Origin: a virus
Lineage: Duplodnaviria; Caudoviricetes
Virus record (IMG/VR): IMGVR_UViG_3300049174_000104
Location: 1 to 48,186 of that record
Length of the DNA stretch: 48,186 nt
Strand: one strand, 5' to 3'
The notes under the pieces were generated by a model. That model had not been told where the DNA came from. It searched no databases and was given only the letters and a program-made list of their open reading frames with translations. Numbering within the stretch: position 1 is the stretch's first letter; every line of letters begins with the position of its first letter. The translations under genes and the position numbers were made by a program. Below, piece by piece: positions 24,253-33,834 of the stretch.

Positions 24253-24783
24253 ATGATCACGTTGACCATCTACGTGGACGCTGCCGCTGCTGCTCGGTGC
24301 GGGCACAGCAAGGCCGGCAAGCAAAAGCTCTTTCTCAGCAACGGCGACGTGGAGTCGCTCGACGAACGCGAGCGTGACACGCTGGCCCATCACCTGGCCG
24401 ATCAGGGAGGCCACATGGACGGGCTGATCCATTGGGGTGACCCGCTCGCGCAGCATGCCGGTGCGGTCGGCGAGGCCTCGCTCGAAGTCCTGCGTGTGCT
24501 GCTCGCGAAGCGCCGGTGTCATATGCTCGCCCAGCTCGCAGAGATCATTGTGTCGCTGCCCTCGCTCGACATCGCCGTGCGCTGCTGGATCTTACTGTCG
24601 CGCTGCAATGAGGTTGCCGTGGTCGTCAGTCCGCGAACGCGCGAGGCCTCCGGGGTGCTGCAAGCGCTCGATCTCGTGCAGATCACGGACCTGCGGCAAT
24701 CCTACGCAACAATCACATTGCTCGGCCGCGATCTGCTCGCGTACTTCAAAACCCGAAACGAAACGAAGGAGACCGTCCCATGA
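24253..24783 (+). CDS. Hypothetical protein
   Basis: GAGGA RBS; MITLTIYVD start. Confidence 0.65.
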   Translation: MITLTIYVDAAAAARCGHSKAGKQKLFLSNGDVESLDERERDTLAHHLADQGGHMDGLIHWGDPLAQHAGAVGEASLEVLRVLLAKRRCHMLAQLAEIIVSLPSLDIAVRCWILLSRCNEVAVVVSPRTREASGVLQALDLVQITDLRQSYATITLLGRDLLAYFKTRNETKETVP

Positions 24784-24952
24784 ACATGCTGACTCGCAAT
24801 AACATTCGTCTGCTCGCTCCCGGCCGACGGCCGCGCGTCGCCAAGCGATTATTTGCTCGCATGGGCAACATCGTGCTCGTGGAAGTGCAGGTGAACAAAG
24901 GCGGCACGATCGAGCTTCAAGCCTCGCGGCCACCGAAAGGTCGAGGGCCAGT

Positions 24953-25234
24953 ATGAGCCGCAGTGCGCACGTGCGCGGAGCTTCAGCTCGCACCGCACGA
25001 GCGGCGGCTCGGGAGGTCCGGCCGAATATCCGCGAGGCTCGACCGCGCGTCGACGACGCGCTCGAGCAGCTCCGTGAAGAGCGGCTGGATCGCGAGGTCA
25101 TCGAGCTGCAATGGTTCGAAGATTCGATATGGGATCTGGAAGACGCACGGTTGCAGGCGCGGATCCGCGAAGAACAACGCCGCTATCAGGCCGATCTCTA
25201 TCTCGATTACGAAGATTATGACGACAGCTGGTAA
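24953..25234 (+). CDS. Hypothetical protein with acidic tail
   Basis: Ends DYEDYDDSW. Confidence 0.55.
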   Translation: MSRSAHVRGASARTARAAAREVRPNIREARPRVDDALEQLREERLDREVIELQWFEDSIWDLEDARLQARIREEQRRYQADLYLDYEDYDDSW

Positions 25235-25237
25235 CCG

Positions 25238-25597
25238 ATGAGGGCACGATGTCGCTTCTGTTTCGGCAGCCCGCATGAGCATGACGTGGGCTGCCCTGCC
25301 ATCGCAAAGCCCGAGCTGCTACAAGGGCCGACGCCGATCTATCGCGCTCCGTTCACGAAGCGCGAAATCGAGATGCTCATCGGATGCTTCCGCGGCTTCA
25401 TCATCGGCACCGATCACGAAGGCGCCCCATGGTCGGAGCGGCTCCTCGCGAAGGCCCGTGCTATGTACACCGATGCGAAGGCTCGGTCGGGCGACGACTC
25501 GCCCGACATGCCGCCCTTCGGTGATGTCATGAAGATCCCGATTGACGAGAAGAAACCCAACAAACGTTCGCGTGCGAAGAAAGAGAGCAAGAAATGA
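25238..25597 (+). CDS. Hypothetical protein
   Basis: N-terminal CxxC..H...C; coupled to recT. Confidence 0.6.
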   Translation: MRARCRFCFGSPHEHDVGCPAIAKPELLQGPTPIYRAPFTKREIEMLIGCFRGFIIGTDHEGAPWSERLLAKARAMYTDAKARSGDDSPDMPPFGDVMKIPIDEKKPNKRSRAKKESKK

Positions 25598-26502
25598 GCA
25601 AGGCCGATGGGGACCGCAAGACGAGCGCAATCGCGCTGGTCGACAACAACATCAACGAGGTAAAGCAGCTCGCCGGGCGACAGCTCGAGCAGATCCGCAG
25701 CATGATGCAGTGCGACGAGCAGGCGGCGCAGCGCTACATCCGAATCGCGGTGCAGCACTACATCCATGCGCCGGTGTTGCGTCAAGGCGAGACGCCAGCC
25801 ATGCACCGCGTGGATCCGCGGGCGTACCTCGCCGCGGTCGTCGATGCAGCCACCGATAAGCTCATGCCCGATGGGCGCGACGGCTGGATCATCCCGTACG
25901 ACACGACGTGCCGTTGGCATCCGAGCTGGCGCGGTCTCGTGAAGCTCGCTCGTCGCGTGACGACGATGCGCGACCTGTCGACCGAAGCGGTCTACGCAAC
26001 CGACAAGTTCAAGGTGAAGCTCGGCGGCGAGCGCCAGATCGATCACGAGCCGTACTACTCGCTCGGGATTCCGGATGACAAGCGCGGCTCGATGATCGGC
26101 GTGTACGCAGGGGCGCGCATTGCAGCTGATGACTTCCGCAACTTCGAGTTCCGCTTCGTCGATCGCATGCGGCTCGACAAGATCGCGTCGATGTCTGGCA
26201 ACCCGCGCAACAAAGAGCCGAGCAACGTGTGGGTCGAGCACTTCGAAGCGATGGCGCGCAAGCACGCGATGCGGCAGTTCCTCGATTGGATCGGTGCGCC
26301 CGACGACGTGATCGATGTGCTCGATCGCGAAGACCGTCGTGAAGAGTCGGCACGCGAGGCATTGATCCGCGACTTGCGAACGAACGATGATGCGCCTTCG
26401 AACGGCGCTTCGAATCGCCGCAAGCCGGCGGTGACTGGCGCGTCGGATATGCCCGAGCTGCCTCCGCCGCCGTCGGACCCGACAGATAGCGGGGCACCAT
26501 GA
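25594..26502 (+). CDS. recT: RecT-family ssDNA annealing protein
   Basis: SWRGLVKLARR, AVYATDKF.VKLG...IDHEP, RG.MIGVYA, W.EHFEAMARK. Confidence 0.9.
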   Translation: MSKADGDRKTSAIALVDNNINEVKQLAGRQLEQIRSMMQCDEQAAQRYIRIAVQHYIHAPVLRQGETPAMHRVDPRAYLAAVVDAATDKLMPDGRDGWIIPYDTTCRWHPSWRGLVKLARRVTTMRDLSTEAVYATDKFKVKLGGERQIDHEPYYSLGIPDDKRGSMIGVYAGARIAADDFRNFEFRFVDRMRLDKIASMSGNPRNKEPSNVWVEHFEAMARKHAMRQFLDWIGAPDDVIDVLDREDRREESAREALIRDLRTNDDAPSNGASNRRKPAVTGASDMPELPPPPSDPTDSGAP

Positions 26503-26712
26503 CCGCGAACACCCTACAACTTGCGGCGCTCGCCGACAAAGCGGCGCGCACGAGAGCCAAGCGAGACGCCATCGTGATCCTGCGCGACGAAGAGGCGGCT
26601 GGCCGAGCCGAGCGCGAGCGCATCGGTGCCATCCTGCGTGGCCATCGCGAGGCTGCAGAGAATCGGTGCGACTCGTTCTATCCCGAGATCGTACCGCAGG
26701 AGGAGGCCATCG

Positions 26713-26994
26713 ATGTCCCTAAAAGCCTGTGAGCCCGCGGACCCGGAAGCCACGGCCGTGTGGACCGATCGCATGGTCGAGACAGATCGCGTTGAGCTGT
26801 TGCTCCTAGCGCAGTCCGGCGATAACGGTCTGCCTCCGATCCGCAAGCTAACGTCAGTCCGTCGGCGCTTGCGGAAGATGGGCCTAGCGTGGCAGGTGTT
26901 GCCGGGCAGAGGGTATTGGTTCATCGATCCTGACCTCGGCCGCCGCGTCGCGGCCCACGGTGCGCGCGAGCGTGCGAAGGCTGGTGCGAAGTGA
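26713..26994 (+). CDS. Hypothetical protein (possible winged helix)
   Basis: GGAGG RBS; RRLRKMGLA...G.W...DLGRRVA. Confidence 0.5.
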   Translation: MSLKACEPADPEATAVWTDRMVETDRVELLLLAQSGDNGLPPIRKLTSVRRRLRKMGLAWQVLPGRGYWFIDPDLGRRVAAHGARERAKAGAK

Positions 26995-27144
26995 AGATTA
27001 TCTACTGCAAGCCCGCGCGCGACCGCGCTGAAGTCATGTATATCGGGGTGAAAGCGTTCGAGCCTGTGCGCTTCTACATCTTCCACCCGCGATCGTGGAG
27101 CACGCTGGCGGTCGAGCTGCGCATCGTAGCGCATGGAGGTGGCC

Positions 27145-28212
27145 ATGCTTGACCACGAACTACGCCGCGGACGCATCACTTCGAGCACAATCGCGGCCGT
27201 GCTCGGCATCGACCCATGGACGACGCAGCTCGGTGCGTGGGCGAAGATTCGCGATCCATCGCACCACGACAACACGCCGCAGTTCGACGCCGACAAGCTC
27301 GATCACTACACGCGCGGGCACATTCTCGAGTCGGCGTTACTGCGGTACGGCGCACTTGCGCTTGCGGCCGACAAGAATGCGACCGTCGTCATGGAGCTGC
27401 CTGGCACCGTGCCGCATCCCTCGGCACCGTGGGCGGCGGATACGATCGATGCCGTCTACCACGTGCAGCAAGACGGCATGCGCTACGGCGCCGAGGCGAA
27501 GACGGTCGCGTGGTCGGACCCGGACGCGAAGCAATGGGGAGAGCCATGGACCGATCAGATCCCGCCACATGTGCGCGTGCAGTGCGATTGGCACCTCTGG
27601 CATCACCCCGAGCTGCGCTCATGCATCGTGCCGACGCTCATTGGCTCAGGCCTCACGATGCGCTGCTACGTCGCCATGCGTGACGACGAGCGCATTGCCG
27701 AGATCGTCGAGTATGCATCCGCATGGCACACGCGCTATATCGTCGGCGACGAGCTGCCCGATCCGGTCGCCGGAGATCTCGGCGTCGTGCGCAAGGCATT
27801 CGCGACTGTGCTCGACGACGAAGTCGAATCGACGCCAATGATCGAAGCGCTCGCGCGCGACGATGTCGCGTTGCGCATTCAGATCGCCGATCTCGAGAAG
27901 CATCGCGAAGATGTCCGAGCTCGCCTTGCGGTCGCAATGCGCCTCGGCAACGTCTGCGAAGGCGATTGGGGCCGCGTCACGTTTCGGAAGTCGCGCGACG
28001 GCGAGACGGTCGATTGGAAAGCGATCGCATGGGAGCTTTATGCGGAGATGAGAGCTGAACAACTCGAGCCGCTCGCGCCCGATCATCGCGAGAACGAGAA
28101 GGCCCTCGTCGATCTTTTCGACGACACGATCAAGCGCCACACCAAACCAAAGAAAGGCACGCGATCGCTTCGCACTCACGTGCCGAGCGTCGCGGGAGAC
28201 GATGATGCGTAG
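27145..28212 (+). CDS. YqaJ-like (lambda-type) exonuclease
   Basis: RRGRITSSTIAAVLGIDPW, RGHILE, DTIDA, EAKT, IPPHV.VQC.W (PD-(D/E)xK motifs); close to recT. Confidence 0.9.
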   Translation: MLDHELRRGRITSSTIAAVLGIDPWTTQLGAWAKIRDPSHHDNTPQFDADKLDHYTRGHILESALLRYGALALAADKNATVVMELPGTVPHPSAPWAADTIDAVYHVQQDGMRYGAEAKTVAWSDPDAKQWGEPWTDQIPPHVRVQCDWHLWHHPELRSCIVPTLIGSGLTMRCYVAMRDDERIAEIVEYASAWHTRYIVGDELPDPVAGDLGVVRKAFATVLDDEVESTPMIEALARDDVALRIQIADLEKHREDVRARLAVAMRLGNVCEGDWGRVTFRKSRDGETVDWKAIAWELYAEMRAEQLEPLAPDHRENEKALVDLFDDTIKRHTKPKKGTRSLRTHVPSVAGDDDA

Positions 28213-28396
28213 CGCTTGCGAAGGCGCGGACGATCAGAGTACCCTCGTAGCCGTGACACGATCAACACGACGTTGACGGTCCCGCGGCTCGCGAACGCGG
28301 ACAGCACAGCCCCGAATAAAAACGCGGGGCTCGACCGACGGACACTCGCGATGTCCGTCACTCAAGCCCCGCGCCCAACATTGCGCGATTGCGACG

Positions 28397-29506
28397 GTGT
28401 TCATGGTACCCGATCAGATCTGGCGTGCGCAAGTAGATTCGGCCCCAAAGCTCGTTCTTATTCACCTCTGGTCGTACGCCCCATGCGATCGTGAGGGCAT
28501 CGAAGCGGACGGTGGCGCGTTCGTGTGGCCGAGCGTCGAAGTGCTGTGCTCGAAGCTGGCCGCCTCGCAGAGCGCGACCTACCGTTCGCTCAGAATTCTC
28601 GAGCGCGACGGATGGATCGAACGCACCACGAGAGTGCTGCTCGGCGACCGCGGCGAGGGTCGGCGGCGCACCGGTTGGTGGCTGAAAATCCCGCCTGCTG
28701 CCTCACAAAATCCAGAAGGTGACGTCGGGGAAGATTCCCAAGGTTGGGAATCCGGAATTCCCAAGGTTGGGAATGAATTTTCCCAAGGTTGGGAATCGCC
28801 TCCTTCTATGGAAGATCCAATTGATCCTCCATGTCTCCCGCGCGCGCGCGACAAGCCGGCACGGGCGCCGCGCCGCCGAAAGGGAGACGACGACGGATTG
28901 GCTGACGCCGAACGCAGGGACGCATCTGAGCTGTTTCGAAAGTACGAGCTTGCTCGAGTTTCCCAGCTCGGGGGAATGCCCACTCGCACACCATCACCGC
29001 GTGACGCGGAAAAGATCCGGGCACTGCTCGCGTATGTGATGCGCCGGTTCGCGTACGACCGCGCGCAGGCATGGGCGATGGTCCAGAAATACGCGACCGA
29101 TTCGTTGCGGCTCGCCGTCGAAGCCCGCAAGGCTGGCCGGCCGATCGCAACGGCCCTCGTTGCGTCACGAAGCGACGGCAGCGAGTGGAGCCCTGATCGC
29201 TTCGACGCTGTCATTGCGCGCGCGGCTGAATCTCCGCCGCCCGATGAGCCGAAGTACAACCGGGCCCCCGCGGTCGTGGACGAAGAGTCGGTCACCGATG
29301 ACGAGGCGCGGCGCTGGCTCACTACGGCCAACCGTGCCAACGCGTTCACGGCGACGGAAGAGTTGCGCGACGATCGGCTCCGTCGTCGCGAAGACGAGCT
29401 GCGCAAGAATCCGCGGCCGCTCGACGATTGGGGACTCGACCCGACGAACAAGCTCAAAGCGTTTCTGGTGAGCATCGGCGCGCCGCAGGTCATGGAGGGG
29501 GAATGA
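28397..29506 (+). CDS. Replication initiator with N-terminal winged HTH
   Basis: KLVLIHL...VWPSVEVL...S.SATYRSLRILERDGWI; internal iterons; upstream of dnaB. Confidence 0.8.
   Translation: MFMVPDQIWRAQVDSAPKLVLIHLWSYAPCDREGIEADGGAFVWPSVEVLCSKLAASQSATYRSLRILERDGWIERTTRVLLGDRGEGRRRTGWWLKIPPAASQNPEGDVGEDSQGWESGIPKVGNEFSQGWESPPSMEDPIDPPCLPRARDKPARAPRRRKGDDDGLADAERRDASELFRKYELARVSQLGGMPTRTPSPRDAEKIRALLAYVMRRFAYDRAQAWAMVQKYATDSLRLAVEARKAGRPIATALVASRSDGSEWSPDRFDAVIARAAESPPPDEPKYNRAPAVVDEESVTDDEARRWLTTANRANAFTATEELRDDRLRRREDELRKNPRPLDDWGLDPTNKLKAFLVSIGAPQVMEGE
28734..28796. repeat. Three palindromic iterons (probable replication origin)
   Basis: TTCCCAA-GG-TTGGGAAT at 28735, 28758 and 28780. Confidence 0.85.
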
Positions 29507-29703
29507 TCACGATGCCGCTCAGTGACGTGCAGCTCATCGCGATCCACCGCCAGCTCGTGATCGCGAGACTCGAGCGTGCCATCGAAGACGAGCTCGCGCG
29601 TGAGTACGAGGTGCTCGAGTGCGGCGGAGGCTGTGACCCGGTACACCCGCTCGGTGCGAAGTTCTGTGGCGACTGCGGCCGAAGACTGGTGCGGGAAGAG
29701 TAA
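29503..29703 (+). CDS. Small zinc-ribbon protein
   Basis: CGGGC...AKFCGDCG; coupled on both sides. Confidence 0.65.
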   Translation: MITMPLSDVQLIAIHRQLVIARLERAIEDELAREYEVLECGGGCDPVHPLGAKFCGDCGRRLVREE

Positions 29704-31103
29704 TGCGCCCGCTTCCCGCCAACCGCGAGACTGAAGCCGCAGTGCTCGGCGCGATCATGCTGCGCAACGACGCCATCAACGAAGTCGTCACCGTTGTGAT
29801 CGAGGATGACTTCCACTTCCCTGCGCACCGCGCTGTGTTCCGGGCGATGTGCAAGCTGGCCGATCGTGGCGAGCCAATCGATGTGCATACGCTCGAGACA
29901 CAGCTCGCCGTGAACCAAGAGCTCAAACTTGTGGGCGGGCTCGAGGGACTCGGCAAGCTGTCGACTCGTCACGCGAGCACGTACAACGTGGCGACGCACG
30001 CAGAGATCATCCGGCAGCTCTCGACGCTGCGTCAGATGATCGCGACGTCGCAAGAGATCACCGACGGCGCATACAGCCCGGTCGAAGACGTCGCAGCCTT
30101 CATCGACGACGCTGAGCGACGCGTGCTCGAGGTGGGCCAACGCGGACGCAACGACGCGTACGAGTCTGTGGCCGACAACATCGCTGGCGTCTTCGAGAAC
30201 ATCGTCGAGCGGATCAAACGCAAGGACCCGATCACCGGCGTCGCGACACAGTTCGTCGGCATCGACGAACTGACCGGAGGGCTGCAACCGTCCGATCTCA
30301 TCATCGTCGCCGCGCGCCCGTCGATGGGCAAGACGGCCCTCGCCCTCAACATCGCGCAGGCTGCTTGCATCACGCAGCTGAAGCACGCTCGGCTCGCGCC
30401 CGAAGAGCGACCGGTGCGGCACCCGGTGCTCTTCTTCACGGCGGAGATGAGCAAGCAGCAGCTCATCGAGCGCATGATCTTCAGCGAGGCACGGGTCGAC
30501 GTTGCCCGCATGCGCACGGGCTCGATCCTGGAGAACGAGCTGAAGACGCTGGTGGCCGCGGCCGACCGGATCCATCGAGCTCCGCTTGCAATCAACGACG
30601 CCAGCTCTCCGTCGATTCTCGAGATCCGATCGTTCGCGCGTCGGTTCCGGCGTGACGCGAAGTACTTCAGCGATACGCGCGAACAGATCGGGCTCATCGT
30701 CGTCGACTACCTGCAGCTCTGTCGCGGCGGCAAGTCGAAGTACGACGTGCGCGAACAAGAGATCTCCGAGGTGAGCCGCGGCCTCAAGGCGATCGCGAAG
30801 GAGCTGAAGATCCCTGTGCTCGCGCTCTCGCAGCTCAACCGCGGCGTCGACAGTCGCTCCGACCACCGCCCGCAGCTCTCCGATTTGCGAGAGTCGGGCG
30901 CAATCGAGCAGGACGCCGACGTCATCATGTTCATTTATCGCGACGAGATCTACGAGCGCGACGAAGAGAAGCGATCCAAGATAGCGGGGCAAGCCGAAGT
31001 CATCGTCGGCAAACAGCGCAACGGACCGACGGGCACTGTGCACCTGACGTTCGCAGGAAAGTACACGCGTTTCGAAAACGCAGCGAAGGAATGGGTACCG
31101 TGA
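29703..31103 (+). CDS. dnaB: Replicative DNA helicase
   Basis: E.AVLGAI, AARPSMGKT (Walker A), IVVDYLQL, LSQLNR, LSDLRESGAIEQDAD, KQRNGPTG. Confidence 0.98.
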   Translation: MRPLPANRETEAAVLGAIMLRNDAINEVVTVVIEDDFHFPAHRAVFRAMCKLADRGEPIDVHTLETQLAVNQELKLVGGLEGLGKLSTRHASTYNVATHAEIIRQLSTLRQMIATSQEITDGAYSPVEDVAAFIDDAERRVLEVGQRGRNDAYESVADNIAGVFENIVERIKRKDPITGVATQFVGIDELTGGLQPSDLIIVAARPSMGKTALALNIAQAACITQLKHARLAPEERPVRHPVLFFTAEMSKQQLIERMIFSEARVDVARMRTGSILENELKTLVAAADRIHRAPLAINDASSPSILEIRSFARRFRRDAKYFSDTREQIGLIVVDYLQLCRGGKSKYDVREQEISEVSRGLKAIAKELKIPVLALSQLNRGVDSRSDHRPQLSDLRESGAIEQDADVIMFIYRDEIYERDEEKRSKIAGQAEVIVGKQRNGPTGTVHLTFAGKYTRFENAAKEWVP

Positions 31104-31408
31104 AGGACGACGCAGACGACATGCTCGCGAAGATTGCAGCCTACCTACTCGTTATCGGAGCAATGCTCTTCGTCGGGTACGAAGCAACGCTCTCGCGAGC
31201 GCCCGAGTGCCATCGCGTGCTGGACTCCTACGGCTACACCGACGTCGAGCTGACGGGCTACGAAGTCGTGGGCTGCGGCAACGAAGCGATCCACGAAGGC
31301 TTCATCGCAACATCGTCGTCGGGTCTGCGCGTTCGCGGCACGGTGTGCTGCGGGCTCGTCTTCAAAAACTGCACAGTGCGTCTCGACGGCTCATACGACG
31401 CGAGGTGA
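31100..31408 (+). CDS. Small membrane-anchored Cys-containing protein
   Basis: N-terminal TM; V.GTVCCG..K.CTVR. Confidence 0.65.
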   Translation: MKDDADDMLAKIAAYLLVIGAMLFVGYEATLSRAPECHRVLDSYGYTDVELTGYEVVGCGNEAIHEGFIATSSSGLRVRGTVCCGLVFKNCTVRLDGSYDAR

Positions 31409-31411
31409 ACC

Positions 31412-31738
31412 ATGTGTGAAGAATGGGATTGCGGCCCGGATGCGTACAGCGAGAAGTGGCGAAAGGCTCGCAAGGAGCACCAGTGCTGCGCGTGCCACGA
31501 GACGATCGGAGCCGGCCATCGCTACCATTACCTCTCGGGTATCTGGGAAGGCGAACCGGAAGAGTTCAAGCATTGCGCGCGGTGTTGGAAGATCTACGAG
31601 CTGCTTGTCGATCGGGCGCGCGAACAAGGTAACGACGTTGCCCCGTCGCTGCTGCTCGATTGCGGCACGGTGTGGAAAGATCCGCCCGATGAGATCGCAG
31701 CGCTCGCATTCGTGACGCAAGGTGAGGTCGTCGCATGA
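31412..31738 (+). CDS. Cys-rich zinc-binding phage protein
   Basis: GAGG RBS; ARKEHQCCAC...I..G..Y...HCARC. Confidence 0.7.
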   Translation: MCEEWDCGPDAYSEKWRKARKEHQCCACHETIGAGHRYHYLSGIWEGEPEEFKHCARCWKIYELLVDRAREQGNDVAPSLLLDCGTVWKDPPDEIAALAFVTQGEVVA

Positions 31739-32676
31739 CCGTCGTCTCCATGAAGTGCGCATGCGTGTTCGTTGCGTCCGACGAAGTCGACCGACGCAGC
31801 TGCCCGCTGCATGCGACGGCTCCTGCATTCGAACTGGGCGACATCGCGCACGGTCCTGAGTGGCAGCTCGCGAATGCAGACTGCCTCGCCGAAGACGGCA
31901 TGCGCCGTCTCGGCGACGGCGTCTGCGACCTAGTGCTCACCGATCCGCCGTTCGGAAAGCGCACGCACGAGGGGCAGAAGCACAAGCGCAAGAAGGCGAC
32001 GGGCAACGAGCTCTCCGAAGACGGCGATCTCGGCTACGACCACCTCACCGACGAGCAGCTCAAGCAGTGCTCGACCGAGTTCGCGCGACTGAGCCGCGGG
32101 TGGGTGCTGGTGATGTGCGATCATGAACTCGCGCGCGACTGGGAGGCCGAGCTGAAAGCCGCGGGCCTCTACACCTTCGCGCCGCTGCCCATCGTCACGC
32201 CAGGCATGAACGTGCGGCTGGCCGGTGACGGCCCGAGCTCGTGGACCGTCTGGCTCATCGTCGCCCGTCACCGCACGACGAAGCGCGACAGCACGCTCGG
32301 CGGCCCGGTGAAGTGGGGCACGAAGCCAGGCTGGTATCAGGGCAAGCGACCCGCCGGAGCACAGAAGGCGATCAAGGGAGCGAAGCACCCTGACCTGCTC
32401 GAGGCCATCGTGCGCGACTACACGACAATCGGCGAGACCGTCTGCGATCCATTCGCGGGCTCAGGATCGACCGGAGTCGCGTGCATTCAGTCCGGCCGCA
32501 AGTTCATGGGCTGGGAGCTCAACACCAAGCACTTCGCGCTTGCGACTCGGCTCATCGGATCGGCGAAGTGGATCCTGACGATCGACGACCGTATCGAACG
32601 CGAGAAGCGACGACCGCCGCAAGGCGAGCAGCGACCACTGACGTGGGACGGTGCGGATCGTGATGTGCTCAAGTGA
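31735..32676 (+). CDS. Orphan N6A/N4C DNA methyltransferase (beta-type motif order)
   Basis: Catalytic LTDPPF precedes SAM-binding DPFAGSGSTG; GRKFMGWEL. Confidence 0.9.
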   Translation: MTVVSMKCACVFVASDEVDRRSCPLHATAPAFELGDIAHGPEWQLANADCLAEDGMRRLGDGVCDLVLTDPPFGKRTHEGQKHKRKKATGNELSEDGDLGYDHLTDEQLKQCSTEFARLSRGWVLVMCDHELARDWEAELKAAGLYTFAPLPIVTPGMNVRLAGDGPSSWTVWLIVARHRTTKRDSTLGGPVKWGTKPGWYQGKRPAGAQKAIKGAKHPDLLEAIVRDYTTIGETVCDPFAGSGSTGVACIQSGRKFMGWELNTKHFALATRLIGSAKWILTIDDRIEREKRRPPQGEQRPLTWDGADRDVLK

Positions 32677-32837
32677 ACAGCGGCCGAAAATCCAGGAAGG
32701 GCCCGAAGCTGCCCAGGGCGCTCAAGTGGAAGTGCCGGCTCTGTTTCGCGATGGTGAGCGAGACGGATCGCAATCGATGGAACCGTTATGGCATGCCGTG
32801 CGAGGCGTGCAGAAAGGTGACCGAACATGTCCAGTGA
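32673..32837 (+). CDS. 54-aa zinc-finger protein (absent from the supplied ORF track)
   Basis: GTGA coupling; WKCRLC...PCEACRK..EH. Confidence 0.6.
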   Translation: MNSGRKSRKGPKLPRALKWKCRLCFAMVSETDRNRWNRYGMPCEACRKVTEHVQ

Positions 32838-33202
32838 GCGAGCAGTAGCGATGCGCCGTCCAGGCGCGATGGAGTTCGGTGACCTCATCCACGACGAAAT
32901 GGCCCGCGAGCTCGCGAGGGCCCGCAAGCTCTTCGGACCGACGGCCATCGTCAGCGTGGAGATCATGACGATGCCGACCGACGGCAACAGAGCCGTCATC
33001 GTCGTGCGCCACTGCGTGGGAATGCGCGGGCACAAAGCCGCGTCATGGGCCGAGCTCGGCTGCGGTGAAACCTGGGACGAAGCATTCAAACAGGCATCAG
33101 AGCGGATGCCGACAAGGAGACGTTCAAGATGATCTTCGAAATCAATGGCCCGCAGATCGAAGAGGGCTGGGACTCTTTGGCCGCGGGCAGTGAGCGGGCG
33201 CG

Positions 33203-33520
33203 ATGATCGACGATGCGACATTGCAAAACCGTCAGCTCCTCGGACTTCGCAAAGACTACGTCGAGCTCTTCGAGGCCGCGCGAGACCCCCTCGTCACCCG
33301 CACCGAGCTGCAGCAGCTCTGCGACGCGCACGAGAAGAGCGTGCGAGCGCAGCTGTTCATACGCGTCATGAACGCGTACCAGAAGATCATCGCCGAGCGT
33401 GTCGGCAACGATCACGCGAACACGCTCTATCAGACGTTCGACGACTGGACCGACCAACTCGCGTTCGAGCTCGACGTCGAGTTCGACCGCGCAACAATGC
33501 TGTGGAGACCAAAAGAATGA
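33203..33520 (+). CDS. Hypothetical helical protein
   Basis: Coupled on both sides. Confidence 0.65.
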   Translation: MIDDATLQNRQLLGLRKDYVELFEAARDPLVTRTELQQLCDAHEKSVRAQLFIRVMNAYQKIIAERVGNDHANTLYQTFDDWTDQLAFELDVEFDRATMLWRPKE

Positions 33521-33834
33521 GCGACAAGATCAATCCGACTCACTACGATGGCGATGAGTGCATGCGCGTGCTGTGCGAAGCAGTCGGCTACCGAGCCGCG
33601 CTGACCCTGGCCGTCAAGCATCTCTGGCGAGCTGGACGCAAGGAAGGCGAGTCGCGCGAAGACGATGCTGGCAAGGCGAAGTGGTACGTCAACTGGGCAT
33701 TGGCCAACATGGCGCCGCCTGAACATTGGCGTGTCGTGTTTGCCAGAGTCATCGGCGCCGCCGACCGCATCGTCGCCGAGCCGAACTACGATGCCCGCGA
33801 AGATCTGCGTCGGATCATGTGGGAGAGCGCATGA
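33517..33834 (+). CDS. DUF3310-family protein (T7 gp1.7-like)
   Basis: DKINPTHY...EC...VKHLWRAG.K....DD..KA.WY. Confidence 0.8.
   Translation: MSDKINPTHYDGDECMRVLCEAVGYRAALTLAVKHLWRAGRKEGESREDDAGKAKWYVNWALANMAPPEHWRVVFARVIGAADRIVAEPNYDAREDLRRIMWESA

Noticed and set aside
28734-28796. Mini CRISPR array
   Set aside because: The 17-bp repeats are separated by only 5-6 bp, lie inside a coding region and have no cas genes; iterons explain them better.
31735-32676. Restriction-modification system
   Set aside because: No adjacent restriction endonuclease; orphan methylases are common in phages.
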